Origin: Chara braunii
Taxonomy: Eukaryota > Plantae > Charophyceae
Length of the DNA stretch: 64,000 bases
Direction of reading: 5' to 3'
NCBI GenBank assembly: GCA_003427395.1
Contig: BFEA01000018.1
Location: 2,187,722-2,251,721 of the forward strand
Below, piece after piece: positions 41,162 through 52,645 of the stretch. Position numbers and translations under genes: made by a program. How positions within the stretch are numbered: the stretch's first letter is position 1; every line of letters starts with the position of its first letter. The notes beneath the pieces are model-generated. The model was not told the origin of the DNA. It saw only the letters and a list, made by a program, of their open reading frames with translations, and did not search any database.

Positions 41162-44100
41162 GGGTTTGCGTGCTCGCTGAACTTCAATTCAAATTTCTTC
41201 TGTCAGAAAGGAAAAGACATGGGGCAAGAGGCAAACTGCTCTTGGCTAAAAATAGATCAAGTGCAATGCATCTGTTCTGATCAGTTTAATATCCAATCTG
41301 GGGTCCATCTGATGACATATATATATTTTTATTTTTTTTTTATAAATAAAATAAAATGATACTGCTTTTCACCATGTGTTGTGGTCTGTCCTTGAATTTC
41401 GGATGGACACCAACAGCTCATATATAAACATGTGGAAAATTGTTCCCCCCATATGGATGGGAACTGCTTATATATAAACTATTATAAAGTTATAAACATG
41501 TGAAATTGTTTCCACAATATGCTTTCTAGCAAATTAGCAATAACAATGGCAAGAAATGGCAAGACGATGCATTTGTACAATTTGGGAACGTAGAAAGTTT
41601 GCATATAATCTGGTGTTTGCCATCTGTCTAATGTAAGAGAAATTTATTAGACTTGTAGAGTATCAATAGTCTCAAATTCAAATTTAATCTGTTTCCAAAC
41701 TTCACAAGCAGCAGCTAATTCAGGACTTCATCCACTTGGTAGCCTCTCGAATAATTTCATTACCTTCACGAGCTAAATCTCTTCGCTCATTGCGTGCTTG
41801 TACGCAAGCTTCCAAAGCTACTCGGTTAGCTACATCTCCTGGAGCATTTCCCCAAGGATGACCTGAAGTACCTCCTCCAAATTGTAATATGTACAATTTT
41901 GGGAATGTCGAAAGTTTGCATCTTATCTGGTGTTTGTCATCTATCTAATGTAAAAGAGAATTCAATGGGACTGGGAGTGGGGTAGCTATCTGATTTATGA
42001 GTTTGGTAGACTGACCATCCTTGCTTCTCTGTCTCCGTTGCGGCTCGGATCGATCTGTGCATTGATGCATTTGATGGTGGATGTCACACTGCACGTCACT
42101 TCATGACAAGTCCAGGCGTTGGCAAGACCTCGTAAGCACCCACACTCTCTTCTTGTCGAACCAAACACCCCTATAAGCAGGAGCCAAATCTCTTCTTGTT
42201 GTTGTTTTAATGATTTTTATTTTTATTTTTTTTTGGAAACTATGCGGGAGTCACAAAAAGAGTTTGAAAATGCACTTCGGAGGGGAAAAAAAAAAAAAAC
42301 AGTTTCAAATAGCACTACGGGCAATGTATACAAGCTAGCTTTGGTCAGGTAGGGTTGCGTGGGTGTGTGTGTTGTGTTCGGGAACTTCGGGGGAATGCCA
42401 AAATTTCAAACTGTTTTTGTGACTGTACCCCTTTTTCTTTTTAATTTTAAATGATTTTTGACAACTGGCAGGAGCCAAATCTCACCTGCAGTAAGTGTGT
42501 TTGCTGCATGTTCTCCCTCCGCCCGCCCTTCTCCTAACACATGCACACACACTCCCTCCCTTCTCAGAATACATGCTCACAGGCTCCCTCCCTTCCCACC
42601 ATCCCCCCTTTCGTCTGCTTCAAGTCGGTGATGGTGGAGCAGTTGATATTGAGATCGTAAGGCAGTCGAGTTTCTTTGTTCCGTGTGCAAACAGATGCCG
42701 TCTCAAGTGTTTGCATACTGTAGGTCTCTTCTGCCTGACTTTTTGGTCTGTCACAGGAAGAGGGGTCAATATTTCCTTGAGGGCTGGCTGTGCGCAGGGT
42801 GGGGGCAGGTAGGGATTTGTCATGAACGGAATAGGGGTTTTGTCGTGAAATGGTGAGAACGGGCACCTTGTTGATTTTATCCGTATGGGCCCGCGTAAAA
42901 TCAACCCCAAAACGGCAATACTATGAAGATTTCACCTGGGCCAAGTGACGAACGGACAGGTTCCTTGCACCTTGGCCCATACCTCGGCACATTTGGGTAG
43001 AGTTGGTTGTCGTAATGTCTGCCGTGTCTGGGCTGGAATCTTTTTTTTTTTCTTCTTCTTTTTTTTTTTTGGGAGAACTCTCTTATTATGAAGCTGGAAA
43101 CCGGGTGTAGCGTCCCTTGAAGGAATTTACTCACCCAATACTGCTCTCTCGGTTATGGGTGCGAGATCTTGCGTCACAAGGAATCATGCCAATAAGATTA
43201 CAAAATAACAAAAAAGTAAAAGTGACAAAGATGAAAGGAAAAAATCGTTGTTTAACTGCTGGTACTGATTCCTTCCTCACCGACTGACCTGGGGCAAGGA
43301 GGTCCCGCTAGAAAAAAGAGGATTGCATTGTAACACCCGAATCTGGACGTGTTTGCAAAGAGGTGCAGAAAAGTGGTTATTATTTGTCTGCTTTTCTGCA
43401 GCGCTGCTTAAAACACATCCAGATTCAGGCACACACAATCCAATCCTCTTTTTGCTAGTGGGATCTGGCCCCTGGACTTCTGATTTGATGGAAGGGTGGA
43501 TTTTGTACTTGGGCAAAATTTGCAAAGGTTCAAGTGGATCTGGACTGGGGCTAATTTTGTCCCTCACCGTTTACATTTTTAATCCGTCCTTCGCTGTTTA
43601 CATATTTTAATTTTAATCGGGTTTCTCCATTTGTTGTCGGTTTACAACTTTACGTGTTCTTTTCTTTTCGAAAGAGCGATGGCCTTTAGATATCGTCATC
43701 GAACTGACCGGCCCATCGAATTGACCGGCCCCACGCAATTCAGAATTTCAGAATGATTTTATAATGATTTTATTATGTTCAGCTGACAGTATCTGGATTC
43801 GAACTTGCGTCTGTATTTCAACAGTCCATGGGTGTACCAACTGAGCTCGGTGCATTGATTAGGTCTTTCTGATTTCGGTTCGCCTCTTTCGTACATGTAA
43901 CAGGCTTATGTCTCTTTGTGACTATCGGCGTCGCCACACCGTTGTCGAAACGGAAAGAGAACAAATGCATCATCTTCCGCAGAAATTCATAAGATGCATC
44001 CGCATCCGTTGCTATTCGTAGTAACGGATGCATCTTGCCCTTCGCTGTGGGAAGATGCATTCGTTCTTTTTTTCGTTTCGACAGTGGTGTGGCAACACCC

Positions 44101-45893
44101 TATGTTGCTCTGATGGTTCTACCTATCACCATTGGTTGTTGACGGCTTACGAATAATTAATAATTAATAACTATATTAATGTCTGGACTCTGGATTGTTT
44201 TTGTCTGTGCTTCAGATTAGTTTTAAATGTTGCGAAAAAGCTACCGCAGCATGCAATCGCAGGCTTTTACACAGTTGAAGCGAAAGCAGAAGGAACGGGG
44301 GAGCGATTAGGGCTGGATGTCGGTACGTATGTGTACATCGCCCAGGAGCTGCTCTGTGATTTCATGCCCAATTTGGCAGGTTTTTTTTCTTTTCTTTTCT
44401 TTTCTTTGCCGTGAGTTATTATCATGATTAGGCTGGACCTGGAAGCCGGACCAGGACAAGTCCAGATGTCTGGCCGGACCTGTGTCTAGACGGCTCCAGA
44501 CGGTCCGGATTGAAAAAAAACACGTCTTTTTAGTAAAAGAAACGGTTTTATTTATTTTTCCTTGTATTTGGCTATGAATTTCGAGATGGTCCGCAGCCAA
44601 AAGATTTTTGCATGCAATGCTGCACAAGCGCAACGTAACTTTTTTTGTTTTCTTTTTTTCTCGGGGGGGGGGGGGGGGGATGGATCTGGACACCAGACCT
44701 GGACACCCAGACCCAGACTGTCTATGCTGGTCCGGACGTCTGAATCAACTGCGTCAATCCGGTTAATTCTGCGAGTTGCTTCCTCTAATCTTGGCTCGGA
44801 GTCTTACTCTAACGAGTGTTTTTTTTATTATTATTATTTTATTATTATTTTTTTTTTTGTTACTTCACATGCGGGAAAAGCCTACGTAACAAGGTCATAA
44901 GAGCATCCTCGTTAAACAGGCCCCAGCGTCGAAGGCCCCATCTATTGGTGGAGAGCTACACCTGCTGGAAACCGGGTCCAGCGTCCCTATACAAAGATGT
45001 GTTGTGTATCAGCTGGGAATCGGGCCCAGTGTCCCTATGTAGTGATGTGTGGATATGTCCTACCGTGCATCCAGTATTGTCTGTATATGTTGAAGAATCG
45101 TTCTTACAATCAACAATAGGGTAACCTAAGTGCCTCTTCACCCTTTAAATAGGGCGTCAGGGCCTATAGGCTGGGCATATAGGCCGCTCTTCACCCTTTA
45201 GGCCGCTCTTCACCCTTTAAATAGGGCGACAAGAAATGGCGTCAGGACCTATAGGCCGGGAAGTACTGTGATGTCTTTCATTCCTCCCTTCCTTCCTTCC
45301 TTCCATTCATTCATTCATACTATAGGCCGGGCAGCACCACTCAGCAAATGTGAAAAAGACAAGAAATGGCAGGTGATCTTTTGGTCTAGGGGGAGATCCT
45401 TTCTCACATTTTTCACATCCAGACTGTCCGGGCCTCGATGTCTGGATGCTTTCCTGCTGTCCCAACAAAATTAGAATTTTAAAATACTTTAAAATTTAAA
45501 TACGTGACATTACGTGTATTATATTATATTATTTAATTTATTTTGGAGATTTCGATATGGAGCATTGCAACACCGTACAACAATTTTGTTTTCCAGAAGT
45601 TTTTTTTTATTTTAAAATTTAAAATTCATTTGTTATTTTGCGCTGTGGCTACCCGGGGTTCCGGTTGGCCAGGCAGGTTTGTGTTTGGGTGCACTGTAAA
45701 CTAGAAACAGAAGTTAGTTATTTAAGTTAATTTAACTTATTTTGGTAGGGGCACCCCTTGTCCTGACCAAATGGGATGCCCAGGTTGATCCGACTCTTGA
45801 CTTTCCTGATCTGACCAGTCGGAGTGTCTGGGGTAACCAAACTCACGATGCACTGAAATGAGGGCGCCAAAGATGCCAACACTTTTGTATGTG

Positions 45894-45935
<42 letters not shown>

Positions 45936-46808
45936 ATGTTGATGCAGGAGAGCTCTGACGGTCATTGGAATGTCTGGAATCCGTCATGCGAAATCAGTCT
46001 GTCATGTCTAGCCTCCTGGCATTGAGCTGTGTGACCTTCCTGCTGGAAGGTGTCCAGTACCATCCACCCATTGCCACGGCAGGGTGCAGTCCCAATGGGA
46101 CTCTCTGTGAATCGTCATGGGCCATCTACCCTCTTGCAAACATTGGGAGAGGATTGCAGGTCCCTGTTTCTTTTTTCTCCCTTCTCTTTGTTTCTTCTCT
46201 TTTTTTTTAATTATGACATTTATGAATTTTATGTACCATTTCTCGATTTATGCTTGTCATCCTTGAAAGCGCAGGGGCCATGGTAATCTTCTCTGCATCG
46301 TTCCATTTTTAACACTTGTCCCAAAGGATGCAGGTCCCTGTTTCTATTCTCCGAGGTTCATTTTTTTTTTTCTTGGTCTAAGTATCGGGGTAATTTTTGC
46401 CAAAGGCTCTGAGATTCATTTTCTAAACTAGTGCCTGGTGCATGAATCTGTTGCCAGTGACACTCAATGGAGAGACGGCTCCGCTGTGCCGGCTACGGCG
46501 AGGGTGTGGTCCCAAGGTATGTTTTTTTTATATGTTGTTCTCACACTCTGGCTGTCCTTCGTTCTCTCTTCTCACTGCTACCTTCATCTCTCTATATGCC
46601 TCTCTCCCTCCTTATCCACTATTCTTAGGCTGTGGTCAGATGAACTATGGTCCTTCGAATTCAGTTCTGAGTTCACCGACATCCATCCCTTGCACCTCCC
46701 CCCACGTTCCTCTGTTTCGCATGCTGGCTTGCTTTTCTTGTACTGGTAGTCTCCCTCTTGTTTTTATCCTCCCTTCTCTTCTTCTCTTGTAACCTGAGTC
46801 ACATGCAT

Positions 46809-46858
<50 letters not shown>

Positions 46859-47722
46859 TGTGTGTGTGTGTGTGTCTCTGTGTGTGTGTGTGTGTGGNNN
46901 NNNNNNNNNNNNNNNNNNNNNNNNNNNNNNNNNNNNNNNNNNNNNNNNNNNNNNNNNNNNNNNNNNNNNNNNNNNNNNNNNNNNNNNNNNNNNNNNNNNN
47001 NNNNNNNNNNNNNNNNNNNNNNNNNNNNNNNNNNNNNNNNNNNNNNNNNNNNNNNNNNNNNNNNNNNNNNNNNNNNNNNNNNNNNNNNNNNNNNNNNNNN
47101 NNNNNNNNNNNNNNNNNNNNNNNNNNNNNNNNNNNNNNNNNNNNNNNNNNNNNNNNNNNNNNNNNNNNNNNNNNNNNNNNNNNNNNNNNNNNNNNNNNNN
47201 NNNNNNNNNNNNNNNNNNNNNNNNNNNNNNNNNNNNNNNNNNNNNNNNNNNNNNNNNNNNNNNNNNNNNNNNNNNNNNNNNNNNNNNNNNNNNNNNNNNN
47301 NNNNNNNNNNNNNNNNNNNNNNNNNNNNNNNNNNNNNNNNNNNNNNNNNNNNNNNNNNNNNNNNNNNNNNNNNNNNNNNNNNNNNNNNNNNNNNNNNNNN
47401 NNNNNNNNNNNNNNNNNNNNNNNNNNNNNNNNNNNNNNNNNNNNNNNNNNNNNNNNNNNNNNNNNNNNNNNNNNNNNNNNNNNNNNNNNNNNNNNNNNNN
47501 NNNNNNNNNNNNNNNNNNNNNNNNNNNNNNNNNNNNNNNNNNNNNNNNNNNNNNNNNNNNNNNNNNNNNNNNNNNNNNNNNNNNNNNNNNNNNNNNNNNN
47601 NNNNNNNNNNNNNNNNNNNNNNNNNNNNNNNNNNNNNNNNNNNNNNNNNNNNNNNNNNNNNNNNNNNNNNNNNNNNNNNNNNNNNNNNNNNNNNNNNNNN
47701 NNNNNNNNNNNNNNNNNNNNNN

Positions 47723-47799
<77 letters not shown>

Positions 47800-50700
47800 G
47801 TGTGTGTGAATGGCGATTGTCAAAGGTAATAACAGTCTCATACTCTCTTCTTCCGCAATTGTGAACAGGTCGGCAAGTACTATGTAGCACTGGATGATTT
47901 TGAGAGGGTGGTACTTCCAACCCTTACTCCGCGGGAAAATGTGAAATTGCATGTGATAGACGAGGTGAGTTTGGTTGCAGATGGCCTTTCCCTGCAGTTT
48001 ACAAATTGGCTGTTATTGGGGCCTGCATGAATCTTAATCGAGAGTTTTGAGTTATTTTAAATATCTTTGGGATTCCATGTTTTTTTGTGAGCAGGATAGA
48101 CTAGTGCAATGCGAAGCTGAAAACAATTCAAAGGGCGTGTAGGAAGAAAAGCTGAATGTACGCTCGCGACATACCATCAGGATGCAATCACCGAGTAGTC
48201 GAACTTGAAACTACACAGTACACAAGTACAAAGTACGTCTCAAAATTGACGAAGATTGACATGAAGATTCTGAAGAACATCGAATCAGGTTATCGCCTCT
48301 GTCCACACACCCTGTGAGATAGAACATACTCTGAAGGATTTTCCTGTATGACATTTTTGGTACAGTACTCTGGAACTTTGCTCGGTCTCGGGACGGGATG
48401 TGGAAGTTCAGCGCCGACTTGTTAGGAGGAAAGTAGGCTTTGCTAGTTCTGTATATATGTGGTTAACTTTTTACTACCAGTTTGTCGACCTCTTCTGCAA
48501 ACCGTGTCGGGTAGTTCAGTCCGAGACTGACTTCTTTTTTTTTTTTCCTTTTCTTTTTTTCTTTTTGCATGGAACTTCCGAGTCTTTTGTCGGAAAGTTG
48601 GGAGGTTCCTGGGTGAGCGGCGAAGAAGGCGAAAGAAACGAGAATCGTGTCGAACTGGAGGCCGGGTTGTGCTTACTCTCCGGTATACTTCTTCTACACA
48701 AAAGTTAAAAAAGTTGTCTGCCTGATGTCCAGGCATGAAGCCGTGCACTCTCCAAGAAGGTTGTTTTGTGGAGAGTTTTCCAAAGGACCACCGTCCACAA
48801 ACCGCCGTTCACAGGCGGGGGGGAAGAACCCAAAACACTCGCCACAACGTGCATCGACGGTGTGGTGAGCCGTCTGACACGGTTTTCATCCGCTAAGATT
48901 GGCAAATTGACACGGAGGGTGTTGTTCTTAATTGTCAATCTTTCCCGTCAACGCGGCTTTTCCAATCTTAATTGTCAATCTTTCCCGTCAACACAGTTTT
49001 TCCAGTCTTAATTTTCAATCTTTCCTGTCAACGCGTTTTTTCCAATCTTAATTGTCAATCTTTCCCGTCAACACGGTTTTTCCGAGCTGGGTCAACTGGC
49101 TTTGTGTTTGTTTCTCACCTCTGTTTCTCACTTCAATCAAGCATTCATAATTATTTTATAAGTTAAAACATTTTCCAATTACTTTTTTATATAAAATTCA
49201 AAATTTTAGATTCAATTCTCTTATTGTTAAGATTCTCCTTTTTTTTTTTTTCTGGCTTGCGACTGTCTGCAGGTGGGAAGAATGGGCCTGTGTAGCCAAA
49301 AGTTCACGGAAGCTGTACTGAATTTATTGTCGTCACCATCGGCTGTGGTGAGTAGTTTCGTCGGAAGGACCTTAAACTCGGGTCTTTATTTTTTCAACAG
49401 TTCGGGGGGTGTTCAAACTGAGCTAGGCCAGTTGGTCAGATGCACGTTTTATGCTACAGTAACCGCCTTCACCCGAATAGAACGCTTGGTAATTATCGCC
49501 GTATCTGGGCTGAAAGTTGTGCCGAACACAGCTATAATGACTGGCGTTATATTCGGTTATATTCGGGTGAAGAAGGTAGCTCCTAGGTCTCTTCTTCGTA
49601 GTGCTACGGCCACACCACACTGGTGGTATATATATTGTGCTTGGAAGGCATGAACCTGGTTGCAAAAAATGGCCAGGTTTGTGCTTTTATAGCATGAATA
49701 AACATGGCACCAGCGGATGCAGGCCCTAAGTTACAGATGTCAAATTCATGCATTGGTAGTGCGCTTTCAAGGAGTCTTAGGGCCTCGCTCCACTACTCTC
49801 CAAAATGTGCAAAATGATAATGACTCTTCCGCTGGAACATGGAAAGATACACCGCGGCCATATTTTTTCCCTTTTGTGCATGTGGAGAGTAGGGGCGCGA
49901 GGCCCTTAAACCACCAGTACTTCACCCATACATCAGCCACGACAAAAAATGGACCCATAACGCTTCCACTTCAATGAATTCAGACCGGTTCCGCCAACCG
50001 TTCAGCCCAATGTGTCGCTCCTCGTATGAGTACTGTTGGTTTAAGTAGCATGAGCACTGAGTTGCAAAAGATACTTTTTTTTTTTTTTTTTTTTTCAAAG
50101 TTCTGCATTTACAGAGTTTCCGAACTTCGAGCATGGTCTTTCTTGTAAAAAACAAAACAAAACAAAAAACAAAAAATGTTTGAAAAACACAACAAAACAC
50201 TTTCAGAGTTTTAACTGCCAGTGCGGCAGTTAGTAGACCGGGTGTTTTCAACTTTTCGCCATGGGAGCGGCATGGGTAACAGATGTACCACAAAGGGCCT
50301 CGCCACACTACAGTCTTCCCCCGAATACGACGTACGGTCATTATAGCTGAATTTGGTGTATCTTTCAGTCTAAATTCAGCTCCATAATGACGGTACATTG
50401 TATTCGGGGGAAGACTGTAGTTACTCATGCGAGCATTGCGAGGTGAAAATGCCGTGTGCATGTTCACACAGGAGGTGGAAATACATTAACTGCTGGGGAA
50501 GACCGTTTCTTTGTGTTGCACGTGAAAAGCATATGCATATATAACACTCATTTGAGTAGTATATGTATGCAGAGCGCTCGTTCGAGTAGCATATGCATGC
50601 ATGGCACTCAGTGAAGTTGTGATGTACGTAGAAAATTGTAATACCACCAGGCGAGAAAAATTAAGAAAATTGATGATACAAATCTATCAAATGAATGGCT

Positions 50701-52369
50701 GTATTTAAAGTACATTAAAACTGTTTTATTGAGTATTCTTTTTTGTCAAAATTTGTGAACTTAGTCTGACTTTTTATCGCGTTTATTTGTTTGTTTTTTA
50801 CTTAAGTTGTTATTTTCATTGGTTCATATTCAGTTTGTTCAATTTAGCTTTCTTAGCACTATGCCATCGTATGAGCAACGGAATTCGACATTTATTGTGG
50901 GATTTAGGGCACAGCGTAGATTTATCTTGGGGAGTAGTATGGAGTACTCACACTAGGACATTTTTGACTCAGCTTTGGACGTGATTGCAGTGAGATGAAT
51001 GCCGTTCTGTATGTAGTTGGGCTCAGAACTTCGGCAGATAGCTGAGCATGCCCTGAGTACTTGCACATACCTGGGCTTTCGGTGGGGGAAAAAAAAAAAG
51101 AAAAAAAAAAAAGTTATGGCTCCCGTCCAAAGGGAGTGCCGCCGGAGGCTTACGATTACGTCCATGTCTTTCATGTTTTTTCAACTTTTTTGGTAATTAC
51201 TAATACGCCTTATGTCACCTTTTTTTTTTTTTTTTTTTGCTGAGTTCACTTCTTTTGCTCTTGTGCTTTTGCCTGTCTCTCCTTTTCCTCTTTTCTCCCC
51301 CTCTTCCACTTCCTCCTCTTCTTCATTTTTCCTATTTCCAATTTTTCATCTCATTGGTTCCTGTTGGCTCATGAGGAAGTGCTTGACGCTGCCTCGCCTT
51401 GCATCGTTTTTTCGGATTCTGTCGCCTTGAAGAAGATTGGACGTATTTGTGTGCAACGCATTCGGAGGAGTTCGACCGCTTAGCCGCTGAGTTGGGTGCT
51501 CGCCGTACGAAACCTGTCAGAGTTTTCTAAACCTGACAGAACAGAACCTGACAGTTTTGGTTGACTGCGGAGGTGTTATCAAACAACCCTGCTAAAGCTT
51601 ATCGGCCGGCCGCGGCACCGAGTCTCGCATCTGCAATGGTCCACGTTAGTGTTTCTGCATCGCGAAGCGTGAGACGTCCAATGTAAAATTCTGACGCACG
51701 ANNNNNNNNNNNNNNNNNNNNNNNNNNNNNNNNNNNNNNNNNNNNNNNNNNNNNNNNNNNNNNNNNNNNNNNNNNNNNNNNNNNNNNNNNNNNNNNNNNN
51801 NNNNNNNNNNNNNNNNNNNNNNNNNNNNNNNNNNNNNNNNNNNNNNNNNNNNNNNNNNNNNNNNNNNNNNNNNNNNNNNNNNNNNNNNNNNNNNNNNNNN
51901 NNNNNNNNNNNNNNNNNNNNNNNNNNNNNNNNNNNNNNNNNNNNNNNNNNNNNNNNNNNNNNNNNNNNNNNNNNNNNNNNNNNNNNNNNNNNNNNNNNNN
52001 NNNNNNNNNNNNNNNNNNNNNNNNNNNNNNNNNNNNNNNNNNNNNNNNNNNNNNNNNNNNNNNNNNNNNNNNNNNNNNNNNNNNNNNNNNNNNNNNNNNN
52101 NNNNNNNNNNNNNNNNNNNNNNNNNNNNNNNNNNNNNNNNNNNNNNNNNNNNNNNNNNNNNNNNNNNNNNNNNNNNNNNNNNNNNNNNNNNNNNNNNNNN
52201 NNNNNNNNNNNNNNNNNNNNNNNNNNNNNNNNNNNNNNNNNNNNNNNNNNNNNNNNNNNNNNNNNNNNNNNNNNNNNNNNNNNNNNNNNNNNNNNNNNNN
52301 NNNNNNNNNNNNNNNNNNNNNNNNNNNNNNNNNNNNNNNNNNNNNNNNNNNNNNNNNNNNNNNNNNNNN

Positions 52370-52408
<39 letters not shown>

Positions 52409-52614
52409 CAAAATCAACACAGCCCCTGCTATTCTGAGGAGTGTCATTCCGGTTGCTTATCACTGGGAAGCATGCGTTTGTACAAGCAAGGAGGGGGAAA
52501 AGACAAGAGAAGAGAGGCAGTCTTGCCCTTGTGGCACGAGCCGCCTAAGCAAGTGGGGGTGGCTGCGGATCGTTCCACCATCAACCCATGGCCCTGATGA
52601 GCTCCTACTTCCAA

Positions 52615-52645
<31 letters not shown>

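Noticed and set aside
46645-47952. Long ORFs across N-runs (also 51579-52463 and 62609-63812)
   Set aside because: Artefacts of assembly gaps and microsatellites.
52594-52620. CTGATGAGCTC as another hammerhead
   Set aside because: No closing stem II strand or GAAA follows.
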